Assembly: GCA_028534125.1 (NCBI GenBank)
Contig: CM052816.1
Span: 73,162,001-73,226,000, forward strand
DNA length: 64,000 nt
Reading direction: 5' to 3'
DNA from: Lama glama
Lineage: Eukaryota
Shown here: piece after piece, positions 24,524-36,900 of the stretch
Position numbering within the stretch: position 1 is the stretch's first letter
How the letters are laid out: every line of letters starts with the position of its first letter
The notes under the pieces: generated by a model
Told to the model about the DNA's origin: nothing
What the model saw: only the letters and a program-made list of their open reading frames with translations
Database searches by the model: none
Position numbers and translations under genes: made by a program

Positions 24524-25400
24524 CATTCATTCATTAGCCAGGTGCTTACTGAACATTATTATGTACCAGGCTCTGTGCAATGTCCTAGAGACTGAACAAA
24601 GAACAGACATGATCTCAAGGAACCTAGGACCAATAAATACAATATGATGAGGGTTTGACGTAAGTGCTTGTGTGTATGTGGAGTGAATGGGAGGTGAGCC
24701 TCAGTCCACGTGGAGGAGCCAAGGAAGGGTTCACATATAAAGGTAAATCTGGAGCTGTGTCAGGAACTAATGTCCTGTGCAGGCGATAACAAGCAAATAT
24801 AAAAACAAGCAGCTCAGGGCCAATTTGGCACACTTAATGAAAGGCAACTCCTTCAGTATTGCTAAACATTGAAAAATGAAGAATGACAGGACTTCAGGCT
24901 CGCGAGGGAACCAGAGGTCTTGCAGCCTTGCTATGAAGCAAGGATTTCATTCTGGGGGAAGGATTTGTGTCCTCTGGTTGCACTGTGAAGGCTGAGTAGA
25001 GAGCAGTGAGGCTGGAGGCAAGGACCCTTAGAAGATCCTTGGAATTGTCCAGGGGAGGAGTGATGAGGATTTGAAATGAAGCAGAAATTGATAGGAGAAG
25101 AAGTGAACAGTGAGTAGGAAACATCTTCAGGAATTTTCAAGACGTGGTAACTGACTGGATATGAGAAGGGAAGAATGGACTGAAAAATGACTCCCCGCTT
25201 TCCAGATGGGAGACTGTGTAAACAGTAGTGCCAATCCAGGGACTGGGGAACACTGAAAAGGACAGGAGGCTGATGAGCCCAGTTTGGGGCATGTTGAGTT
25301 TATGCATACTTGAGACATCCAGGTAGGTGGTGATCAGGAGCCAACTTCTGGCTGAAGAAAGAAACTTGAGATTTTTTCAGGTACTATGTGGAGAGTTGGT
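24524..25400 (-). mobile_element. L2 fragment
   Basis: CATTCATTCATT...TTACTGAACA.TATTATGTACCAGGC...GGGCATGTTGAGTTT...GAGACATCCAGGTAG. Confidence 0.8.
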
Positions 25401-25809
25401 AATATCTTAAAGCTATTCCTTCCCATTGTCTGTGGTCTAAATCTAGATTTTCACATACGAAGGTGTGTTGAAAATAGTGGCTCACAAACTTTAGTTTCCT
25501 GATCCAAAACATTTGGAAAATGAGAAACACATTTAAACAGATACCAGAAGCTTAGTAGGGCAGGATTTTCAGCCTTACCGACAAGTTCAGTGATGGTGCA
25601 GTCTCAAAACTTTGGGGAGACACAAGGCGCCCCAGATAACTGGCTTAATCCCTAGAGAATCACTCATTAAAAGTAAGGCATATCCTTGCATGCATGACTA
25701 TCTAAATGTATATTTTAGCAACAGAAAATTCCATGATCCTATACTGATGTACTGTTTGGTATTTTTTTTCATTCAAATACAAGAAATTGAGAAACTATGG
25801 ACCACTCTG

Positions 25810-26300
25810 CTTAGGGCTTCTTCTGGGGTTATCATTTTCCTTCATTTGGAACATATCTCTCTGTTGCCTCACTTTGCCTGATTCTGTTTTTATTTCTATG
25901 TATTAGGTGAGTTGGTTACACTTCCTGGCTTTAGAGAAGAGACCTCATGTAGGAGACCTCCTTTGGGGCCCAGCAGTGATCCTCTCTGATCACCAGGACT
26001 ATTTTCTCTAGGGCTGCCCTGGATGCTGGCTGCACGGACCCTCCTGCTGTGGTGGGACTGACTGCCGTGGGCACGCTGGCAGGGCGCTAGCCCCTGGCCC
26101 AGGTGGCGGTCAGGCCCTGCCTCCTGCAAGGGCTGCCAACCACTGGTGGGAGGGCTGGCTCAGCTGGCTGCATGGCCCAGGTAGTCCCAGGGCTGGTGCC
26201 AGCCCAGAGGGGTGGGGCTGGGTCCCACTGTGGCTGGCTGCTTGGCCTGGGGTGACCCCGGACTGGTGCAGACCAGCTGCGGGAGGGTGAGTCCGAGGCA
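25810..26300 (-). mobile_element. L1 5'UTR plus start of ORF1 (older L1M lineage)
   Basis: GC-rich repetitive UTR followed on the minus strand by GTGAGGCAACAGAGAGATATGTTCCAAATGAAGGAA = (V)RQQRDMFQMKE, matching the recalled L1 ORF1 N-terminus MRRQRNMFQMKE. Confidence 0.78.
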
Positions 26301-26309
26301 CTAATGGAA

Positions 26310-27490
26310 ATAGTCATAAAGTTATGTACTTACATCTCTCTCTCTCTTTCACCTTCTCTCCCTCTCTCTAAACACACACACACACATACACACACACACA
26401 CGTTTCTAGCTTTGTCCATGGAAGAATGTTAGAAGCAGTAAAATTCCAGCAGCACTAAGGATTCTGATTTGGTTTCCAAATACCACCGTCACTAAAAGAA
26501 ACCTGGGCTTCTTGGGGACACGCTGGCTCAAGGGAAAAACAGGGAAAGAAGAAAATAAGCCTGGACATAAATTAAGCAATAAAATAAGTAAATTCTCACA
26601 GGCCTAAACTTATATAATTTGAGCATTAATATAAATAATGAGCATATAAAATTACAACCTATTGAATAAAACAGTAACCTATTATTCCATATTGATATAG
26701 ATACATAGGTAGGTAGGTAGACAGATGAGCAGTAGGAGAAAATTCCTAGGCTCCTATTATTCCACACTAATATAAATGAATAGAACATTAAAACATTTTA
26801 ATAAGTAAAGAAGGAATGGCACACATGGGTAATCAGTATCTGACAACTCTGATGGTGGCAGTTGGTAACAATGGAAGGTATCAATATATTCTAAGACGGG
26901 TGAGTAAGATTTGATGAGGAAAGGGTACTGAGGTAACAGGAGAACAACTTGTCATGAAACATGATTCAAATTCAAAGGGAAAATGATGACTTTAAGTTGG
27001 AGAAACTTTGCAAACCCTAAAGTGAGCTAGTGATCAGTGGTAGAAATCACCCAAAATTATGGTTGCCTTGATGTGGTACGTTGAGAACGAGAACACAGCA
27101 CTTTTTCTCTTTTTCTTTTGTGTTCCCACCAAGAATTCAGGAATACTGAGGTTCTGGTCATGAGAGAGCATCAGTCAGTCTCAGGTTGAGTCAGCCCACA
27201 TGATGAAGAGCCTGCGCTCTTTAAGGCTGTCAAGGGACTAGGAGTCAAGAAAAGTGAGGGGTTTTCAGACTGAAGAGACGGCGCCAAACAACAAAATGCA
27301 GCATGTGTTTCAGGACTGGATCCTGACCCAGGAATTAAAAAAGACATTGATTGGAAAAATCCAAATGGGATTGGTGAGATTGTAGGAGAGTGTTGTATCA
27401 ATGTTAAATTGCTAATTTGAAAGACTGCGTGGTGAGAATGTAGGAAGTGTTTATATCTGGGAACAATACATCCTAGAATTTAAATATAAA
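26310..27490 (+). mobile_element. L1MC-type 3' region
   Basis: TTTCTAGCTTTGTCC...TTGGTTTCCAAATACCA...CACTAAAAGAAACC.GGGCT.CTTGG and later GGACTGGATCCTG..CCAG..AAAAAGACATT...TGTATCAATGTTAAATT. Confidence 0.75.
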
Positions 27491-27574
27491 CTACATACTA
27501 AAGAGCAGCCTCACATAAACTCGTGAAAGTAACAAGAAGGCAATGTTTTGTATCTGGTGCACATTCTAAGTGTG

Positions 27575-27740
27575 AATTGATCAGGGTCTAGGAAGACACA
27601 GCTGCACACTTAAACTGGGTGACTGATAAGAGTTTAGTAGAGGAACGACTGTATACGTTGCGAGGATTATGTGAGAAATCACAAGCGATGGTGCAGTGCC
27701 CTCAGACTATGAACAGCAGATCCCTCATGGAAAGGTGCAC
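27575..27740 (-). mobile_element. ERVL LTR fragment (LTR33-like)
   Basis: ATCAGGGTC...GCACACTTAAACTGGGTGA...GAAATCACAAGCGATGGTGCAGTGCCC resembles recalled LTR33. Confidence 0.45.
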
Positions 27741-28709
27741 TAGTGATTCAGGACATATAAAGGAAATGAATACAGTCTGACTTTTATTATTTGACTCCTA
27801 TGATTTCAGCCACATCCCACATTTCTCTGGCACTAGATAACTCCAAAATCTCCACTCCAGCTTTCACGCTGGAGTCACAATGACAATGATAGAATGCTGT
27901 CTTCAGCACCTGAATCCTTGCTTTATTTTGATTGACCAGGTGACCATATGCTAAGATATTTTACTTCCTTTTTCCTTGAGGCTAAGTGGATATGCTATCA
28001 TTGATTCACTCACCACTCAGCTTAGCGTGCCACAAATTGAACTGGCCACTAACCTTGTTTCTGGCATTAAACAACCCTTGCAAAAAATTATTTGAGTGAC
28101 CATGCAGACTCTTAAGAGATTCCAGCTGTTGACATCATTAACTTGTAATGCAGAAGCTAAAGTCTGTTCTGATAATCTACATAAAATTGCTGCTGAACTT
28201 TTCTGAAAATGCTTAGTGACTGTGCAACTACCTCCATCTGATGTTGCTGTTACAGCAATCAACAGAAGCAGGAGGATTTTTACCTTTGGATTCATGGACA
28301 ACTACTTAAATGATGCCTTGTTAGAACATAATTGATTACAACACTGTTGTTAAAAACGGCTGTTGTCCAAACAGTCCTCCAAGCCAGGGCTGTTGCTAAC
28401 ACATCCGCCTTCCTCTATTTTCATCACTTCTTGCTCTTTATTACTTGTTAGCATTTGCCTCTAATTTTGACTAACATCAAAATTCAAAAGCAGAGATGAT
28501 GGCAAAGATATTGTAAATACAATCAAGTCACCATTTCGCTATGGTTTTCAACACTTTGTTTCCCAACCCCAAGCTCTTGAATAAGCACTTTCTTCGAAGC
28601 AGGACTTTGGAACTCAGTATAATATAAATACATGTCTTGGTTTAGAGGAATTGCCAAGGCATTTTGTGTTTCTGCACCAATAATGCTTCATTTTTATTTA
28701 TACACATGC

Positions 28710-28820
28710 ATGTGTGTGTGTGTGAGAGAGGGAGAGAGGGAGAGAGAAAGAGAAAGAGAGAAAGAAGGTGGGAGGAGAAGAAAGGGGTGGGAAGGGAAGA
28801 AAAGAGAGGAGAGGAGAAAA
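28710..28820. repeat. (TG)n followed by a ~100-nt polypurine tract
   Basis: Read directly from the sequence. Confidence 0.9.
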
Positions 28821-28937
28821 ATGACATTCAGATATAGTGATAGTCTAACCAGACGTGTCCAAACACAATAGGGAAGAATACGGAGGACATTTACAAATTT
28901 AGGAGCAGCGAGACTATATTCCCAGGCTGTTCCCCAC

Positions 28938-29163
28938 TATGTTAGTTTCCTGCGGTTACTGTAATGAATTATCACAAACTTTCTGGCTTAAAATAACAGA
29001 AACGTATTCTCTCACAGTTCTGGAGGCCAAGAGGTCAAAATCAGTTTCACTGGGTACAAATCAAGGTGTCAGCAAAGAGTCTTTTTTCCAAATAAGGGAA
29101 CGGTCACAGGTTCCAGGGACAGGGACTTGAGTGTCTTGGAGGGCTGTCTCTCAGCCTTCCACA
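28938..29163 (-). mobile_element. MaLR LTR MLT1B/C-like, internally deleted
   Basis: GGCTTAAAATAACAGAAA..TATTCTCTCACAGTTCTGGAGGC signature. Perfect 5-bp TSD CCCAC at 28933-28937 and 29164-29168. Confidence 0.88.
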
Positions 29164-31529
29164 CCCACTAACACACTGTGACAACCACTCCTCATCCACC
29201 GTTACCAGATGTTAAAACTTGTGAAACAAAGAGCTAGGTCAGTCTGGGGAGAAGGTGGCACCTGAAATGATGGGAGAAGTCTTTATTATTTGTGGTAAGT
29301 GAGCCCTACATGGAAATACAGGCTTTTCTGTTGACTCCAGTCTGAGAGCTCCTTCAAAGTGGAGTCTGACTTGCTACCTTCAGGTCCCCCATCATCAGTG
29401 AGGGGTTCCCCCTACCAAGCAAGTAGTCTTCGTGGAATAAACAAACATGTAGGTTATTCCCATGAATCGTCTCATAGTACTTGGGCTTCTTTCTACACTG
29501 ATGAAGTCAGTGATGGAGGTCACGGTTATAGTAAAGTTAACCGATGGGTTCTTCAGTCCTCGGGCTTTGCACTTCGCATCCTTAGGGCCCGTCTGGCTCC
29601 TTTTCCTTGTACGGTGTTATCTGGCCTTTTATTCATTCTGTTTCTTTCTCCTTCTCACATCCACAGCAGCCAATGGCTGGCTCTTTTTTCCCAGGGCTGT
29701 CGCCTCCCGTAATACAGCTCTTGAGCAGAGACCCAGCACGGGGCAGTCTTCCAAGGGTGGACCATGAAAGGATCCTGCCAGCCAAGACATACTATCAAAG
29801 CCCATGACCTGCCTTTACCTGGGTCCCGGTTTCTTTCTGTTACATCCTTTTCTAAAACTAAGAGAAACTCTTCTTTTCTTCTATAAATCAGCAAGCCACA
29901 CTGAGTATATTTGGTCAAGGAAGTTTTTTTCTATTTCCTTCCCCCCCCAAAATGAAAGCTTCAATACTGTTTTGAATGCTGTATTAAGAGAATCCCTCTG
30001 GTTTCTCTACCATAGCCCCCACGCTCACCGCAGTCCCCACTCTGTCTTCCACGCTCAGCCACATCATTCTTTCTCAGAGCTTGGTTTTCATTTCTTTCCT
30101 CTAAGGACTTCATCTTCAGACTTTTGACTTTTGATTCCCCATTTCTACCTACCAGCCAAAGGAAAAGAATGAATTCATCTATGGGGCCTTGGGGAAAGAC
30201 ATAACCAAAGTGGAGTCATGTCACATTTGGGTCATGCATGTTTGCTCAAAGGGAGAGTTTCTCTCAGGTGTCCTTCCCAGAGCACTGTCGCACTCAAAGT
30301 GCTTGCAGATTTCCTGCAGGATTCAGGATGCCAGGTGAGCAGCTGCAATCTCCCTACTTAGATTCGGATTTCAACCAGTGAAACCATTCCAATGAGCTAA
30401 CATGTTACCCTCTACAATGGCCAAGACAAGCATTTTCTGGTAAACATTGCCAGACAGACAAACCAGAAATCACATAAACTGTCTTAGAATTGACTTACAA
30501 GATACAGGGCATCTTGTAGGCAAGATGAGATCATCTCCCAAAGATGATCTGTTTCACTGACACAAAAGGGACACTAAGGTCAGTATCATTAATGAAAAAT
30601 ATTTAGAACGATTTCATTGGGGAAAAAAATGGCAGAGGAAGAAACAAATGGAGAAAGGAAAGTGAGGCAAAAGGAAGCACTAAATAATGAGGGCAACTGA
30701 CTTGACCAAGATCACAAGACTAGTCATGGTCAAGACAGGACTGGAATTCAGATGTCTAGACCCTTAGTTTAGGGTTATTTCCTCTACCCAGTTTCTCAAT
30801 AACAGACACATGGAGCCTGGGACGAGAGGAATCCATGAGCCAGTTGCCACTGATTAAAAACAGACCCTCCTTATTTACAATAGGATTCTGAATAAATATC
30901 AATTTCTTTGGGATCCATGATATAAAAAAAGTCTGGGAGCACTGTGGAGGCTACAGCATGGTGAGACCCGGAGGGGGAGTAAGCTCCTCCCACAAAATGT
31001 CTTGCCTCGTGGTGCTTTGAGGACACGGGATCCGTGTCTGGAATCTTGACACCAAGGACCACCCAGGTTCTGTGGCAGGTACAAGGACAGGTAGCACTCC
31101 TGGAAGACAATATTAAACTGAGGTCTTTTTTAAGGAAGGAGATTCCTTGAAATTGTACTAAAAGTAGTGTTGAAAAGTCTCTTCATACATCTACGCGTGA
31201 GTAATCTAACGCTCAGTACTTTAAGCAGGCTGACCTTGTGAAGCAGCCATTTTCTGCTCCTAGTGGGGAACAGCCCACTTCATGTGGCTGAGGTGAGGGC
31301 TCCTTACTGTCCCTGATCTAACGTCAGTGAGGAGGGCTTCCTGAAACAAGTGAGACCCTCAGAGTGATCTTTAATGGGACGCTCGGTAGCCAGCAGCAGC
31401 CACAGCTTCACTAGCGCCGAACCTTCCACAGGCAGCCTGATCTGGGCAAAGAAGGCAGAGTTTGTCATCACCATTTTCCTTTCGTTGTCCTCTTTTTTGA
31501 CTGTAGTGGCCTTCAACTCATATAGCCTC

Positions 31530-31900
31530 TGTCAGTTTTAAAACATGAATCCAATTTTTTTTTTTTATTCTTGTCATCAAGAAGTGAGGTCAGTGAGGTC
31601 TATGCCTCCTTCTCTGGAATCACAGTGGACTTAAAACTGTCTTGACCAACTGATTACAGGGTACGTGATATCATGGAAAAAGCCCAACCACTCTAAGAGC
31701 GAGTTTATGTGCTAGGGTCAACTGGCCCCAGGTGAGATCCCAGCCACAGCTCGCAGCAATTGCCAGACCCGTGAGTGAAGACGATCCAGCTCCCAGGTGT
31801 TGAGTCACTCCCAGCTTTTGAGTTTTACCAGGTGCAAACCCCGGCACCGTGGAGCAGAAACAAGCCACTCCTGCAACAGGGCCTCCGTAACCTCCAAAAA
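31530..31900 (+). mobile_element. MaLR LTR fragment (MLT1F/G/H-like)
   Basis: CCCAGCCACAGC...AATTGCCAGACCCGTGAGTGAAGA...TTGAGTC...GTGGAGCAGAAACAAGCC motif order typical of older MLT1. Confidence 0.7.
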
Positions 31901-32924
31901 GCACATCACGTAAGCCATCATACATACTGCGCCACTGATTAAGGTCAGTACCGATTCCAACGCCCCACTGAGGCCAGCTCCAACTTACATGTCTCCTTAC
32001 TTTCCCCCACGTCCAGTGCCTCTCTGCTGCACATGTTTTACCATTTTCAAATGGTCAAACATTAATACTGAAGCCTTGTAAATGACTATTTAGTAATAAT
32101 TAATTAATATCTTCTCATACCATATCTCTGGATTATTCAGCATTAAAATCTATTTCCAGATGGAGAAATGATATACGGCAAATAAACTGATACTGGTGGA
32201 CTTAGCAGAATAGCAAGCATCTCATTTCTGATACTCAGCTCTGGGCTCCCTCCCCAGGGAATGCTTAGTGACTATAAATATAGGACAAAAAGGATAGTTA
32301 CAATAAATGACCTCCATTTCTTGTCACTTGTTTTAATGCTTCCATGTTCAGTATTTTCCCCCAAGGAAACAATTCCTTTACTAAAAATATAACCCCTTCC
32401 CCACAAAAATCTATGTAGTTCTACAAAATATTTGACACTAAAAATGGTGTCTAGTCACAAGTCTGTTTATCTAGATTGTCAAGAAAAGATAAGACAAACT
32501 GGAATCTAATATATTCATTGAGCACTTCCTCTTTTTACTACCTATGGTTGAAAATAAACAACATATTGATCTTTTAAAAGACAATATATCAGTCTGGCTT
32601 GGCAAATGGAAATAGGTCAATAAGTAATTGACTTTATACTGCAAAAATTCCTAAGAGCTAATTATTACTTGAGTCTCAAGTTTGATGCTAACTGGAAAGT
32701 TCCCATAGGGAAGTAAAAGGTATCATTTCAGACTTACTCTGGGCTTCCTGGTATTAATACAACATCAGAATGTCTTTCACTACAGATGGAACTAGGAGTA
32801 TGCCTTTCACTATAGAGAGAAGTAGATATAATAAAAGAAATCTACAAAATTATGTCTTATGAGACCAAAGTACAAGTCATGAGCTGTACACTAATGACCT
32901 ATTCATGGCAATTTAGGAAGAACA

Positions 32925-33020
32925 TTGGACAGGACTCAGAACACTTGAATCCTAGCCCCAACTCTACACCAATACACACAGGAACTTGGGCAAATCTCTT
33001 GACCTTTCTGGCTTCTATTA
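32925..33020 (+). mobile_element. MIR fragment interrupted by Tigger1
   Basis: TTGGACAGGACTCAGAACAC.TTGAATCCTAGCCCCAACTCT...AACTTGGGCAAATCTCTTGACCTTTCTGG. Confidence 0.7.
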
Positions 33021-35259
33021 CAGGCATCCCTCATTTTATTGAATTTTAACTTTTTTTTCACTTTACAGTTTTTTTTTGGTTTTTTTTTTTTTTACAAATT
33101 GAAGTTTTGTGGCAACCCTGTGTTGGTACAATTTTTCCAAAAGTATTTGCTCACTTCCTGTCTCTGTGTCACATTTTGGTAATTCTTACAATATTTCAAA
33201 CTTTTTATTATTATTATATTTGTTATGGATATCTGTGATCAGTGATCTTTGATGTTACTATTGTAATTGTCTTGGGGTGTCACAAATCACCCTCATGTAA
33301 GATAGTGGTTCTCTCTCTCCCTCTCCTCAGGACTCTATTCCCTGAGACACAACAATATTGAAATTAAGCCAATTAATAACCCTACAATGACCTGAAAGGA
33401 AGTCACACATCTCTTACTTTAAATCAAAAGCTAGAAATGATTAAACTTAGTGAGGAAGGCACGTTAAAGGCAAAGATAAGTCTTGCACAAAGCGGTTAGC
33501 CAAGTTGTAAATGCAAAGGAAAGTTTTTCAAGGAAATGAAGGTACTAGCCAGTGAACACAAAGATTGTAAGAAAGCAAAATAGTCTTATTGCCGATATGG
33601 TGAAAGTTTTAGTGGTCTAGATAAAAGATCAAACAAGCACAACATTTCTTTAAGCCAAAATCTAATCCACAGACAGGCCCGAACTCTCCTCAATTCTATG
33701 AAGGCTCACAGAGGTGAGGAAGCTGCAGAAGAAAAGTTTGAAGCCGGCAGAGGTTGGTTCAGGAGGTTGAAGCAAAGAAGTCATCACTATAATATAAAAG
33801 TGCAAAGTGAAGCAGGAAGTGCTAATGTAGAAGCTGCAGCAAGTTATCTAGAAGATCTAGCTAAGATCATTCATGAAGGTGGCTACACTAGACAATAGAT
33901 TTTCAGTGTAGACAAAACAGCCTTACATTGGAAGAAGATGCATCTAGGACTTTCATAGTCAGAGAAAAGTCAGTGTTCAACTTCAAAGTTTCAAAGAACT
34001 TGTTAGGGGCTGATGGAGCTGGTGACTTTCAACTGAAGCCAGTGCTCATTTACCATTCCAAAATCCTAGGGTCCGTAAGAGTTATGCTCCATCTATTCTG
34101 TGTTCTAGAAATAGAATAACAAATCCTGAAAGACCATGTTTACAACATAGTTTACTGGATATTTTAAGCCCATTGCTCAGAAAAAAAGATTCAAAATATT
34201 ACTGCTCATTGATAATGCACCTAGTCACCCAAAAGCTCTGATGGACATGTACAGTGAGGTTCATGTTGTTTTCATGCTGCTAACACAGCAACCATTCTGC
34301 AGCCCATGGATCAATGAGTAATTTTCAAGTCTTGTCACTTAAGAAACACATTTCATAAAGCTAAAGCTGCCATAAATAGTGATTTCTCTGATCTGGGCAA
34401 AGTAAACTGAAAATCTTCTGGAAAGGACTCACCATTCTAGATGCATTAAGAACTTTCATGATTCATGGGAAAAGTTCAAAATACTAACATTAAAAGGAGT
34501 TTGGAAGACACTGAGTCCAACCTCCATGGAAGACTTTGAGGGGTTCAAGACTTCAGAGGAAGAAGTAACTGCAGATGTGATGGAAATAGCAAGAGAATTA
34601 GAAGCAGAGCCTGAAAATGTGACTGAATTGCTACAATCTCATTGTAAAATTTAACAGAAGTTGCTGCTTATGGATGAGAAAACAAAGAAGTTTGTTGAAA
34701 TGGAATCTACCCCTGGTGAAGATGCTGTGGAGACTGCTGAAATGACAAAGAGGATTAAGAATACTGCATGAGCTTGGCTGATAAGGCAGGGTTTGAGAGG
34801 GCTGATTCCACTTTTGAAAGAAGTTCTGCTATTGGTAAAATGCTATCAAACAGCATCGCATGCTATCAACAAACCATTCGTGAAAGGATTGGCAAACCCA
34901 TGTGGCAAACTTCATCATCTTATTTTAAGAAATTGCCACAGCCACCCCAACCTTCAGCGACCACCACCCTGATCAGTTAGCAGCCGTCATCACTGAGGCA
35001 AGACCCTCCACCAGCACAAAGATTACAACTTGCTGAAGGCTGAGTAGATGGTTAGCACTTCTTAGCAAAAAAAACTATTTTTTAACTAAGTATGTACACC
35101 ATTTCTTAGACATAATGCTAGTATACAGACTACAGCATCGTGTAAATATAACTTCTATATGCTCTAAGAAACCAAGACATTCATGTGACACGTTATTGCG
35201 AAAATCACTTTATTGCAGTGGTCAGGAACCAAACGTGCAGTATCTCCAAGGTACGCTTT
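33021..35259 (+). mobile_element. Tigger1 (TcMar-Tigger/pogo) DNA transposon, near full length, transposase disrupted
   Basis: Starts TA|CAGGCATCCCTC and ends ...TATCTCCAAGGTACGCTT, degenerate Tigger1 TIRs. ORF remnants [25 protein letters not shown]...[15 protein letters not shown] and [16 protein letters not shown] match the Tigger1/TIGD1 transposase. Confidence 0.95.
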
Positions 35260-35473
35260 ATTTTAAAACCAGAAAATTGTATTAGATTATCGTGTGGGAA
35301 TGTGGATTCTCTAGTAGGTTAATGTGTTTAAGTCAATTTCTTATTCCTGGGATTTCCCATGCTTATGCTGCTCACTAGTTTGTCCTGCCTTTCCTTTGCC
35401 TTTGTTTTACATACACACACACACAGCTTTTGCTGCATGCAACCTGCTGTACATCTATTTTTATTTTTAGAAA

Positions 35474-35973
35474 TGTAGTGTGAGCCCTGACCATTTTTTT
35501 TCTTTTGTAATGCAAGTGCCTGTCCTAAGCTTTGACTGCTGTGGCATCTACTTCAAAGAAAGCTACCTGGAATAAACCTGTCACCAGCCAGAGGCCACCA
35601 CTCACCCACCTCCCTGGTCTCCTGTTTTAAAGATCTTTGTTGGTGTCTGTAATCGGCCAGATGGGCTGCTTTTTTTCTCTTTCTGTGCCTAAAATTTCCA
35701 CTTATGTTTAAATTCACCAATAGAGTGAGCCCATGGAAACCTAGGCCCCCACCCTCGATCCCAATGAAGACAGAACCCCAGCCTGTGCTCTCTCTCTCTC
35801 TACCGGCAGCCTTGCTGTGTGGCCCCCAGTTTGCCATATAAGGCCAAGGCCTTGTAAGTAATAAACTTTTTTCCCCCCAAGTTTGGTGACGGTTACTGCT
35901 GAGGGCATCTTGCGATTGTAACAAGAATGATAAGGGCTGGTCCAGCTGCAATACTGGCTATCAATAATCTACA
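35474..35973 (+). mobile_element. ERV solo LTR
   Basis: TGTAG...TACA ends, CCAAT, a (CT)n tract, and AATAAA at ~35860 followed by U5-like sequence. Confidence 0.65.
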
Positions 35974-35979
35974 TACATT

Positions 35980-36900
35980 TACACAATTTTTTAATATATG
36001 TATATTTCAAGCATTCAGAAACATTCAGAAAATACTGAGTGAAAACCAATATACCTATTATTCAATCTTAACAAATATTATGATTTTACCTTAATACTTA
36101 TTCCCCATCCTCCTTTTCTAAAATAAGTAAACTGTTGCAAACATAACTAAAGTAACTGAAGGTAACCACAAAACAGAACCAACCACCCACTCCTGCCTCA
36201 TCATCTAGATACTGTAATATCCGAAAGTGTGTACACAGCTTCCAGTTCATTCTTTATATATTTTACCACACGCGTATACTATTACCAATGTAATATTCTC
36301 TGAAATTTTAACTTACATAGATGGAGTGATACTGACCAAATCTTTCCACAGCTTGCTTTTGTTCTGTTTGTTTTCCCAACTTTGTTTTCCAGATTCATTC
36401 CTATTAATAAATTTATAAAGTTCTTTCAAACACTAGCATGTGCATATGAATATATTACAATGTATATATATTCCTTCGTTGATTGACACTCAGAGGTTTT
36501 CCATCTTGCCCTTATTACAAATAGTGCCACAGGAATATCCTCTTACACACCTTCTTGTGCACCTGAGCGAGAGTGCATTCAGGGTACTGATCTAGAAGTG
36601 CAACTGCTGTGTCTCAGGGCATGTTCATCGTCCACCACACAAAATACCGCAAAGCAGCATCCAAAGTGGGTCCATCAATTTAAATGCCTGCCTGTAGTGT
36701 CAAGAGCTTTCATTTCCCCACAGCAAGGCGATATGTGCTATTTAGACATTCTGATTTTTTCCCAACATAATGAAAGAGTATTTCTCATTATTTTCATTTG
36801 CATTTCCTACAGTGATACTGAGACAAAGGATTTTTATTCTTTCACTTGTAAGTCTTGGCCACATACTTCATTTTCTGCGGACTGTCTTTCTTCTAGTCCT
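35980..36900 (-). mobile_element. Old L1ME fragment
   Basis: TATTACAAATAGTGC...CTAGAAGTG.AACTGCTG.GTC..AGGG...CTCATT.TTTTCATTTGCATTTCC. Confidence 0.75.

Noticed and set aside
25896..26317. GC-rich ORFs or a second CpG island
   Set aside because: Explained by an L1 5'UTR remnant; the block is GC-rich but CpG-depleted.
28017..28301. 94-aa ORF with a signal-peptide-like start (KILLLLLIAVTA)
   Set aside because: Non-ATG first codon, no family match, no splice or promoter support; a short hydrophobic run can arise by chance.
29359..30127. Cluster of overlapping ORFs of up to ~117 aa
   Set aside because: No recognisable homology in any frame.
33698..34980. Possible TIGD1-like gene
   Set aside because: Fragmented by stops and frameshifts inside a TIR-bounded Tigger1 copy.
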